Shown one piece after another: positions 31,893-40,424 of a stretch of 64,000 bases of DNA. Source of the stretch: an uncultured Prevotella sp. (GTDB lineage Bacteria > Bacteroidota > Bacteroidia > Bacteroidales > Bacteroidaceae). The notes under the pieces were generated by a model, which made no database searches, had not been told where the DNA came from, and saw only the letters and a program-made list of their open reading frames with translations. The stretch spans positions 18,404-82,403 of the forward strand of contig CALFGU010000117.1 of the NCBI GenBank assembly GCA_937877685.1, in the 5' to 3' direction. The translations under genes were made by a program, and so were the position numbers. Every line of letters begins with the position of its first letter. Positions within the stretch are counted from its first letter, which is position 1.

Positions 31893-33102
31893 GTTGGGGG
31901 AAGTTATGGATGTAAAGGGAGGTAAAAGATTACCAAAAGGTGTCAATCTGACAAACGTCCCTAATAGTCATCCTTACATAAGGGTTCGAGATTTAGGCAA
32001 TGTAAAAACAATTGAACTAAACTCTTCATATGAATATGTAGATGATGAAACGCAAAAGTCAATTTCTCGTTACATAGTCAATGAAGGTGATATTATAATT
32101 TCTATTGTCGGAACTATTGGTTTGGTTAGCATTATTGGTAAAAGTTTAAACGATGCCAATCTAACAGAAAATTGTGTCAAATTAGTTAATATAAAAGGAT
32201 TTGATAAAAATTTCTTGTATTATTTTTTGACATCATGCTTTGGTAAACAAGAAATTGAAAAGGGTATTGTTGGTGCTGTTCAAGCGAAGTTGCCAATAAA
32301 AAATATTCAGAATATAACTATAACAGCGCCTTCCCTCCCCACTCAACAAAAGATAGCGAACATCCTCTCCTCCCTCGACGATAAAATCGAAGTAAACCGT
32401 CGCATCAACGAGCAATTAGAGGAGCTGGCACAAGCCCTCTTCAAATCATGGTTTGTGGATTTTGAACCTTTCAAAGACTCCGAGTTTGTGGAGAGTGAAT
32501 TGGGGATGATTCCGAAGGGGTGGAAGGTAGGGAAAGCAGAGGATTTTTATAAAATAACAATAGGTAAGACTCCACCAAGAAAGGAACAAGTATGGTTTAC
32601 TGAATCAATAGATGATGTAAAATGGGTGTCTATATCAGATATGGGTAATTGTGGTTGCTTTATTGCAGATTCATCAGAATACTTGACTAATGAAGCAATA
32701 CAAAAATTCAATATAGGCATAGTGCCAGAAGATACCATTTTATTAAGTTTCAAATTGACTATTGGGCGCGTAGCCATAGCTATGTGTGATTTAACGACAA
32801 ATGAAGCCATAGCAAGATTTTGTTTGTCAGATAATGCGTTAAGGGAATACACCTATTTGATGTTGAAACAGTATAATTATGCTAATTTAGGTAGCACTTC
32901 ATCAATTGCTACGGCTGTTAATTCTAAAATAATTAAGCAAATGAGAGTGTTAATGCCTCAAAGTAATGTGCTCGAAGAATTCAATAAGGTATTGAAACCT
33001 TTGTTTGAAAACATCAAAAAGAACCAACAAGAAATCACCCACCTCACCGCCCTGCGCGACACTCTGTTACCCAAGTTGATGTCGGGAGAGATAAAAGTTT
33101 AG
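31870..33102 (+). CDS. hsdS: Type I RM specificity subunit S
   Basis: MEEWKEYKLGE, two TRDs, central PSLPTQQKIANILSSLDDKIEVN...LFKSWFVDF, terminal LRDTLLPKLMSGEI. Confidence 0.95.
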   Translation: MEEWKEYKLGEVMDVKGGKRLPKGVNLTNVPNSHPYIRVRDLGNVKTIELNSSYEYVDDETQKSISRYIVNEGDIIISIVGTIGLVSIIGKSLNDANLTENCVKLVNIKGFDKNFLYYFLTSCFGKQEIEKGIVGAVQAKLPIKNIQNITITAPSLPTQQKIANILSSLDDKIEVNRRINEQLEELAQALFKSWFVDFEPFKDSEFVESELGMIPKGWKVGKAEDFYKITIGKTPPRKEQVWFTESIDDVKWVSISDMGNCGCFIADSSEYLTNEAIQKFNIGIVPEDTILLSFKLTIGRVAIAMCDLTTNEAIARFCLSDNALREYTYLMLKQYNYANLGSTSSIATAVNSKIIKQMRVLMPQSNVLEEFNKVLKPLFENIKKNQQEITHLTALRDTLLPKLMSGEIKV

Positions 33103-33186
33103 TTGTAATTAGTATTATATTATACACCTCTTCTTTGTTATAGAGAAATTGGGAATAATCATTGATAATGAATTAAAAGTAATATT

Positions 33187-35499
33187 ATGGCACAGCAAAA
33201 ATCTGTACGTATGTTCTTGTTAGAAGCTATTAAGAGTTTATCAAAGGAAGATTTTGACGAGTTGGTTCGTATATTTCAGAGGTCATATCTACATAACGAT
33301 GAAGTTGTTTTTGTAGATGGAGCAAATGATGGAGGATGCGATATAAAAATCTTCGAAAACAAGAAAGAAATAAAGAAATGTGTTCAGATAACAATTCAGA
33401 AACTAATTGACAGGAAGCTCAAAGAAGATCTAGGAAAGGCTTCTAGTATGATGTCTCAATATGGATATTCTAATAAATTTGATTTTTTCTGTTCTGTTTC
33501 GTTATCGGAAGAAAAAATTGAGGAATATAAAAAATATGCAATTGACACATATGATATAGACCTAGATATCTATGAAGCAAAGCGATTATCACAATTAGCT
33601 CCTTCAGATGTCATTGATTATATTTACTCATTACACTCAGATGTGGTGTTAAAACCTGAACAAATGGATATAGATAGGGCTACTAAAACACTGTATGACC
33701 TATTAGCAAATGGTAAGGCTTCTTCTGATATAAAGAATAGTTTTGTGGATTCCGTTATTATTTCCATATTATATGAAAAAGCTCCAATAGAAGTCCTTTT
33801 ATTGAAAGAAGAACTCGAACGTAGATTAGGAAAGAGTATTCCTGATATCATTCATCTTATTAATAATTTAAAATCTGATCAACGTGTTATAAAAGATTCC
33901 CAAAATGAAAAACTTATACGTTTATCAGAAGGTGAGTTTTTTAATGTCCAGGAAATATTGGCTTTTTCTACAAAAATAGAAAAAGATTTTTGTACAGAAT
34001 TTGAAGCAATTTTATCCAAATATCAAATAAATAGTACTCCTGTAATTTTAAACGAGCTAAAACAATTATACAAATATAACTATTCAAACGATATTGACTA
34101 TCATTCAAAAAACGAAGAAATTGGTTATACTAAAATATTTGAAGGATTCAAGAAATATATTCTTAATATCATTGGTAATAAAGAAGAAATAGACTCTTTA
34201 ATTGCTGACATTAGAGAACTATGCGAGAATAATAGCTATCTTAATAAAATTAGTGCAGGTGAATCTTTTTTGAGTCTATATAAATCAGATAGATTAGAAT
34301 TATATCTTAATCAAAAAGAAAAAGATATATATTTGGACACGCCAACTTTTGTATATCTATTATGTATGTACTATGGCATAGAAAGAAATGATTGGGACAA
34401 CCCTTTTTATCGTTCAATGAAAAGTTTAATCAAGTTCAAAGAAATATATCCCAATAAAGTTAAACTATTTATTTTTCAAGATTATTTAGGGGAGGTTGTT
34501 GGTGAAATTCAAAAGGCTCTCCAGTATTCGAAGTTTGAAAGATATCCCTTCTTTAATGAACTAGGAGGTACTAGCAATACCTTGTACAATTATTACGAGT
34601 ATTTAAAAAAATCAGACCTCTTTGAAGATGAAGATGACATAAGTTCTTTCAATGATTTTATGGATGCTTTGGGAGCCGAAAATACGGATCCTGAAGACAC
34701 TGCATTCTATACAAATACTTTTAATTTTTTAAAAGAGGTTATTGAAAATCTTGATATAGAAATAATAGAAAGATCTTATGATGATAACTATTCTCAAATA
34801 AAAGAATTATATGAAAAGATTCTATTAAAAGAGAGCAGAAATAAATCAGAGACGGCAATTCGTAATGATGTAAATCAAGTCATATCATTGTTGCAGAACG
34901 ACGATGATACGGACCTTTATCTAACCACATGGGACACAACAATCCATCTACTAAGAAATGAAGTGTTAGATAAAATCCAAGGGAAATATTATTACTTTAA
35001 TGTATATAATCCTGCTAAGCTATCCAACAAAATTGCACTGGAAAACTTCAACATAGATGGGTCGGCTTTAACCAATGAGATATTTGCTTATGCAGATAAA
35101 AAATATGATATAACTAATCGCGTAAAGAGTTTGTTGGAAATAATAACTCCTTATCTAAAAGAGAATAATAAAGGTTCTTGTTCTTTGCTTAGAAAATTAT
35201 CCAAACTTAGAAAACAGCAACTTGAAGATAAAAATCCTATTGATGAGAATAGTGTTGAGAAAAAGAAACTGCCAATAGAGGAAATTGTTATGATGCTTAT
35301 TCCGAACAAAGAAAGGATAGGGAGAGATTCTAGTATCTTAGATAAATTTTCCAGATTCATGAGTTTGGAAGAAAATTCAGATTACATTATAGAAATTATA
35401 GATCAAGCATCTAAGTTGAAGGATTACAGGTCTTTCGATTTTACAGAGTATTTTTCTAAAATTGAATCAATTGATTTGGCTGCACCTAGAAATGAGTAA
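33187..35499 (+). CDS. Hypothetical 770-aa protein, predicted Mrr-like nuclease + wHTH + PIN-like domain
   Basis: N-terminal D44-G-x-x-D48-GG-x-D52...Q67-x-T motif; PIN-like acidic set YLD384T, LGE436V, RND561, TWD583; very AT-rich. The ORF is secure, the domain calls are inferred. Confidence 0.6.
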   Translation: MAQQKSVRMFLLEAIKSLSKEDFDELVRIFQRSYLHNDEVVFVDGANDGGCDIKIFENKKEIKKCVQITIQKLIDRKLKEDLGKASSMMSQYGYSNKFDFFCSVSLSEEKIEEYKKYAIDTYDIDLDIYEAKRLSQLAPSDVIDYIYSLHSDVVLKPEQMDIDRATKTLYDLLANGKASSDIKNSFVDSVIISILYEKAPIEVLLLKEELERRLGKSIPDIIHLINNLKSDQRVIKDSQNEKLIRLSEGEFFNVQEILAFSTKIEKDFCTEFEAILSKYQINSTPVILNELKQLYKYNYSNDIDYHSKNEEIGYTKIFEGFKKYILNIIGNKEEIDSLIADIRELCENNSYLNKISAGESFLSLYKSDRLELYLNQKEKDIYLDTPTFVYLLCMYYGIERNDWDNPFYRSMKSLIKFKEIYPNKVKLFIFQDYLGEVVGEIQKALQYSKFERYPFFNELGGTSNTLYNYYEYLKKSDLFEDEDDISSFNDFMDALGAENTDPEDTAFYTNTFNFLKEVIENLDIEIIERSYDDNYSQIKELYEKILLKESRNKSETAIRNDVNQVISLLQNDDDTDLYLTTWDTTIHLLRNEVLDKIQGKYYYFNVYNPAKLSNKIALENFNIDGSALTNEIFAYADKKYDITNRVKSLLEIITPYLKENNKGSCSLLRKLSKLRKQQLEDKNPIDENSVEKKKLPIEEIVMMLIPNKERIGRDSSILDKFSRFMSLEENSDYIIEIIDQASKLKDYRSFDFTEYFSKIESIDLAAPRNE

Positions 35500-35504
35500 T
35501 TCTT

Positions 35505-36479
35505 ATGTACACCCCTCCATTTACCATAACCGACGAGATATTGCAACTGATCTCTGAGATTTCAGAGCAGATAGGGGCATTGAATGTCATGCTGGGTGAG
35601 CGCATGCCGTCGCCCATGCTACGCAAGGAGAATCAGATAAAGACGATTCACTCCTCGCTGGCCATTGAGCACAACAGCCTCTCGCTACAGCAGGTGACCG
35701 ATGTGATAGATGGCAAGCATGTGCTGGGCGCTCCCAATGAGATACAAGAGGTGAAGAATGCCCTGCAAGCCTATCAGCTGATGCAACAACTGGATGCCTT
35801 CGAAGAGGCTGACCTGCTCCGTGCACATGGGTTGATGATGGCCGACCTGGTAGATGGTGCTGGAAAGTATCGCCAGGCGGGTGTGGGCGTGTTTGACAAC
35901 GATAGGTGCATACATGTGGCACCACCTGCATGGCGTGTTCCTCAACTGATGGCCGACTTGTTTGAATGGTTGAAGCAAACTAAGGCGCATCCTCTGATCA
36001 GCAGTTGCGTATTTCACTATGAATTTGAGTTTATCCATCCTTTTATGGACGGAAACGGACGCATGGGGCGCTACTGGCAAACCCTGTTGCTCAGTCATTG
36101 GAAGGGAATCTTTGCTTGGATTCCCGTTGAGACAATGGTGAAGAAGCATCAGGAGCAATACTACAACGCCATCGCACAATCTGATGCGCAAGGCGATAGC
36201 ACAGTGTTTATCACCTTCATGCTGAAATGCATATTGGAAACAATCAATCAAGAGAAGATAGTAACGGATAAAGTAACGGATAAAGTAACGGATAAATCCG
36301 AAGACAAGATACTGGCACTTATCCAAAACAACCCTTCAATAACCACACCTGAAATGATGCGCCAGTTAGCGATGTCAGATAGTGGTGTGCGCAAGATATT
36401 GCGTAAACTACAGAAAGAGAAGCGTCTGTGTCGTGTAGGAGCGAATAAAAATGGGTATTGGGAAATCTTGCAAAAATAA
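35505..36479 (+). CDS. Fic family protein with C-terminal HTH
   Basis: HPFMDGNGRMGR; SSLAIEHN inhibitory-like motif; C-terminal HTH ending GANKNGYWEI. Confidence 0.9.
   Translation: MYTPPFTITDEILQLISEISEQIGALNVMLGERMPSPMLRKENQIKTIHSSLAIEHNSLSLQQVTDVIDGKHVLGAPNEIQEVKNALQAYQLMQQLDAFEEADLLRAHGLMMADLVDGAGKYRQAGVGVFDNDRCIHVAPPAWRVPQLMADLFEWLKQTKAHPLISSCVFHYEFEFIHPFMDGNGRMGRYWQTLLLSHWKGIFAWIPVETMVKKHQEQYYNAIAQSDAQGDSTVFITFMLKCILETINQEKIVTDKVTDKVTDKSEDKILALIQNNPSITTPEMMRQLAMSDSGVRKILRKLQKEKRLCRVGANKNGYWEILQK
36261..36296 (+). repeat. 3 x 12-bp in-frame tandem repeat (VTDK) in fic2
   Basis: GTAACGGATAAA repeated three times. Confidence 0.9.
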
Positions 36480-36484
36480 AAGAA

Positions 36485-39400
36485 ATGACTTTAAACTTCA
36501 CCGAAAATAGTTATGAGTTGGCCATCATCGCCCTGTTTGAGGCGATGGGCTACCGTCATGAGTGTGGCTATGACATTGAGCGCGATTATCAGAATCCGCT
36601 TTATGAGGAGGTGCTTGAGGCTTCGCTCCGCCGCATCAATCCCGAGCTGACGGCACAGGGGATGGGCGAAGTGATGAAAGCGCTGAAGGACATTGACGGC
36701 GCCGACCTCGTGGCGAAGAATGAAACCTTCACCGCCTACCTGCAAAATGGCATACCCGTGGAGGATAAGGTGGGCTCTGACTACCGCACGGTCAACGCCC
36801 GACTCATTGACTATCAGCACCCCGAGCGCAACGACTTTCGCATCGTGAACCAATGGACGGTAGAGGAATTTGCCACAAAGCGGTGCGACCTCGTCGTGAT
36901 GGTCAACGGATTGCCCCTCGTGGTGATGGAGCTCAAATCGTCCAGCAATGAGGGCGTGGGCGGGGACGATGCCTACAACCAAATCAAGGCGTATCAGAAG
37001 GTGATTCCCTGCCTCTTTGTCTATAACGCCTTTAACGTCATCTCCGACATGCTCACCACGCGCGTGGGCACACTTACCGCCAAGCAGGAGCGCTACATGG
37101 AGTGGAAAACGAAAGACGGCGAGCGCGAAACGGAGGCCGTGGCGGACTACAAGACCTTCTTCGAGGGCATCTTCACAAAGCACCGCCTGCTCGACCTCAT
37201 TCAAAACTTCCTCTGCTTCGACAAAGCCGACGGTAAGGCCTGGAAAATCCTGGGGGCTTATCATCAATACTTCGCCGTAAACAAGGCGCTACGACGCACG
37301 AGGGAGGCCGTAGAGGGGAACGGTAAAATCGGGGTGTTTTGGCACACACAGGGGAGCGGAAAATCCTTCTCCATGCTCTTCTTCACCCACCTCGTGATTC
37401 GCCACTTTGCGGAGAGCACCATCCTCGTGGTTACCGACCGCAAGGACCTTGACCAACAACTCTTTGGTCAGTTTGGGCGGTGTAAGGACTTTCTGCGCAC
37501 CGAGCCCGTGAACGCAACGAGTCGCACGGAGCTCATCGAGTTGCTCAAGAACCGCCAAAGCGGGGGCATCATCTTCACCACGATACAGAAGTTTGAGGAA
37601 GGCACAGAGCCCCTCTCAACGCGCCGTAATATCATCGTCATGACCGACGAAGCACACCGTAGTCAGTATGGCGACGAGCGCTGGGATGCAAAGACGGAGA
37701 CCATGAAAAAGGGCCAGGCGCTTAAGATGCGCGAAGCACTGCCCAACGCCTCGTTTATAGGCTTTACGGGCACGCCCATTTCGAGTCGCGATAAGGACAC
37801 GACAGAGGTCTTTGGCGACTACATCGACATCTATGACATGACACAAGCCGTGGAGGACGGTGCCACACGACCCGTGTACTACGAAAGCCGCGTGATTAAG
37901 TTAGACCTTGACCAAGAGGTGGTGAATCAGCTCGATGCCGAGTTTGACGCCCTTATTGACGCGGGAGCCACGGAGGAACAAGTGGTGCGCGCTAAGCGCG
38001 ATGTGAGCCGCCTGGAGCAAGTGTTGAGCAGTGATGAAACGATTGACTCGCTCGTGCGTGACATCGTCGCCCACTATGAGGAAAACCGCGCCGACCACCT
38101 GACGGGTAAGGCCATGATTGTGGCACTCACACGCGGGGTGGGCATCAAGATTTATCAGAAAATGCTCGAACTGCGCCCCGACTGGACGGAGAAGGTGAAG
38201 GTGGTGATGACCGCCAGTAACAAGGACCCCGAAGAGTGGCACGAAATCATCGGCAATGAGGCCGACAAGAAGGAGCTGGCGCGCAAGTTTAAGGACAATG
38301 ACGACCCGATGAAGATAGCCATCGTGAGGGACATGTGGCTGACGGGATTTGACGTGCCCTCGCTGGCCACGATGTATGTATTTAAGGCCATGAGCGGGCA
38401 TAACCTGATGCAGGCCATTGCACGCGTGAACCGCGTATTCCCAGGCAAGGAGGGCGGGCTGATTATTGACTATATCGGCATTGCCCAAGCCCTGAAGCAG
38501 GCGATGAACGACTATACGAAGCGCGACCAAAAGAAGTTTGGAAACCCCGACATTGCGAAGACCGCCCTCGTGAAGTTCCGCGAAGAGATGGCCATCTGTC
38601 GCGATCAGTTGCACGGGTGTGATTACGCGCCTTTCTTCACCGACGACAACAGCCTGAAGGCACAGACACTGACCGGGGCGCTCAACTTCATGCTCGCACC
38701 CAAGCGCGAGGAGCAGCGCAAGCACCTCGTAGAGCACTCGGCACTGCTTCACAACGCACAGACGCTCTGCCGAAGCCTGCTCGAAAGGGAGGAGAAGGTG
38801 GAAGTGGCCTTCTTTGACGCCCTGCGCGTGATGCTTCAACGCTTTACACAGACCTCGGGGGGCAAGATTTCGCGCAAGGAAATCAACCAACGCATCAGCG
38901 ACTTGCTCCAACAGAGCATCAAGAGCGACGGCGTTATCAACCTCTTTGCCGACACGAAGCAGGAGTTTTCGCTCTTCGACGAGCAATTTATGGAGGAAAT
39001 CAAGAAGATGAAGGAGAAGAACATCGCACTTGAACTCCTCAAAAGCCTCTTGAAAGACAAGGTGGCAACACTCAAGCGCATGAATGTCGTGCAGAGCGAG
39101 CGCTTCTCGGCCATGCTCACCGAAAGTTTGAACCGCTACATCAAGGGGATGCTCACCAATGAAGAAGTCATCAAGGAACTCCTTGAGATGGCACACCAAC
39201 TAAAAGCTTGCGAGCAGGAGGGCGACAAACTCGGGCTGAGCGTGGAGGAAAAGGCCTTCTACGACGCCCTGACACGCCCTGAAATGGTGCGCAAGGTGTA
39301 TAGCGACGAGGAGTTTGTAGCCCTCACCAAGGAACTGACCGAGATGCTCCGCAAGAACCGCTCCATCGACTGGCAACACAAGGAGAGTGCGCGAGCAGGA

Positions 39401-39625
39401 ATGCGCGTCATGGTGAAGCGACTACTCAAGAAGTATAAGTATCCGCCCGAAGGTCAGGAAGAAGCCCTGCAGATGGTCATGAACCAGTGTGAAAACTGGG
39501 CGGAAAACGAAAACTATGACGACCTCGTAGCGCCCACCGATGAAGCGTCACTCGGCGCAATGACTTATAGCATGCCCGAACCTCACTATGCCATGGCGGC
39601 AGAACGGGGCGAAGGATACCGATAA
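36485..39625 (+). CDS. hsdR: Type I RM restriction subunit R
   Basis: Nuclease RCDLV...ELK, Walker A HTQGSGKS, DEAH, FTGTP, MWLTGFD and QAIARVNR; ATG at 36485. Confidence 0.96.
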   Translation: MTLNFTENSYELAIIALFEAMGYRHECGYDIERDYQNPLYEEVLEASLRRINPELTAQGMGEVMKALKDIDGADLVAKNETFTAYLQNGIPVEDKVGSDYRTVNARLIDYQHPERNDFRIVNQWTVEEFATKRCDLVVMVNGLPLVVMELKSSSNEGVGGDDAYNQIKAYQKVIPCLFVYNAFNVISDMLTTRVGTLTAKQERYMEWKTKDGERETEAVADYKTFFEGIFTKHRLLDLIQNFLCFDKADGKAWKILGAYHQYFAVNKALRRTREAVEGNGKIGVFWHTQGSGKSFSMLFFTHLVIRHFAESTILVVTDRKDLDQQLFGQFGRCKDFLRTEPVNATSRTELIELLKNRQSGGIIFTTIQKFEEGTEPLSTRRNIIVMTDEAHRSQYGDERWDAKTETMKKGQALKMREALPNASFIGFTGTPISSRDKDTTEVFGDYIDIYDMTQAVEDGATRPVYYESRVIKLDLDQEVVNQLDAEFDALIDAGATEEQVVRAKRDVSRLEQVLSSDETIDSLVRDIVAHYEENRADHLTGKAMIVALTRGVGIKIYQKMLELRPDWTEKVKVVMTASNKDPEEWHEIIGNEADKKELARKFKDNDDPMKIAIVRDMWLTGFDVPSLATMYVFKAMSGHNLMQAIARVNRVFPGKEGGLIIDYIGIAQALKQAMNDYTKRDQKKFGNPDIAKTALVKFREEMAICRDQLHGCDYAPFFTDDNSLKAQTLTGALNFMLAPKREEQRKHLVEHSALLHNAQTLCRSLLEREEKVEVAFFDALRVMLQRFTQTSGGKISRKEINQRISDLLQQSIKSDGVINLFADTKQEFSLFDEQFMEEIKKMKEKNIALELLKSLLKDKVATLKRMNVVQSERFSAMLTESLNRYIKGMLTNEEVIKELLEMAHQLKACEQEGDKLGLSVEEKAFYDALTRPEMVRKVYSDEEFVALTKELTEMLRKNRSIDWQHKESARAGMRVMVKRLLKKYKYPPEGQEEALQMVMNQCENWAENENYDDLVAPTDEASLGAMTYSMPEPHYAMAAERGEGYR

Positions 39626-39664
39626 ATGGAAAAAATTAAGTGAAAATACTAACTACACATTATT

Positions 39665-40029
39665 ATTACACACTGTATTAAAAGGAATTTTTACCTCATC
39701 ATTGCTTGCTTTATGACCTGCTGGGCAAGTGCTTACGCTGAACAACCGCCCATTATGGGTTGGAGTTCGTGGAACACGTATGGTTTCCAAATCAATGATT
39801 CGCTCGTTCGCACTCAGGCGGATGCGATGGTCAACCTGGGGTTCTACGAAAAGGGTTATAAGTACATCAACATTGACGAATCTCAATCAACACGCCCAAG
39901 AGCACAAAAGTCGCTATCGTTGACATGACTGGCAAGCAAGTGTGGAGTGGAACGATTCAAGGCAAAAAGTCAATCGCCTTACCCGCTGGCACTTATTTGG
40001 GCAATAACAAAAAGGTGTTGATGAATTAG
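39665..40029 (+). pseudogene. GH27 alpha-galactosidase pseudogene with a large internal deletion
   Basis: Signal peptide plus PPIMGWSSWN...GYKYINID, joined out of frame at about 39880 to a C-terminal tail (VAIVDMTGKQV...LPAGTYLGNNKKVLMN*); start codon appears lost (ATT at 39665). Confidence 0.8.
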
Positions 40030-40040
40030 TTATAAAGAAT

Positions 40041-40076
40041 GAGAGGAGAGAGGCAACCTTCTCCTCTCTTTTTTTT
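40041..40076 (+). terminator. Intrinsic terminator after the GH27 pseudogene
   Basis: GAGAGGAGA...TCTCCTCTC followed by a T-run. Confidence 0.75.
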
Positions 40077-40354
40077 GTTGACGAAGAAAATAATTATAAA
40101 TCAGTATGTTAAAGGGTATGAAACTGTGTTTTACCGCCCCATCAGCCACCACCATTTAACTCCCCTTGCTTTTATATAAGGTTGTCCGCATTTCAGTATT
40201 TCAGTTACTGTTTCACTTTGCAAATTGTAGGGGGGCTAAAACAGGGCGTCACTACCACAAGCGGTTAGAACACATGCAGATGTAGAAGATAAAAACCAGT
40301 GCGCTAATTCAGTGCACTGCTTCTAACTACCAACTCGGAGCATCGACTGCAAAT

Positions 40355-40393
40355 AAAAAAAAGAGGGTGCGCCAAAGATTGATACACCCTCTT
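40355..40393 (-). terminator. Intrinsic terminator of glgP
   Basis: AAGAGGGTG...CACCCTCTT with an adjacent A-run (U-tract on the minus strand). Confidence 0.7.
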
Positions 40394-40424
40394 AGGAGAT
40401 TGTTATTGACTAAATGTCAAGGGA

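Noticed and set aside
31870..33102. Phase-variable hsdS shufflon
   Set aside because: No recombinase, second hsdS or flanking inverted repeats found in the window.
36491..39199. 258-aa and 432-aa antisense ORFs inside hsdR
   Set aside because: Antisense shadows of a well-supported gene.
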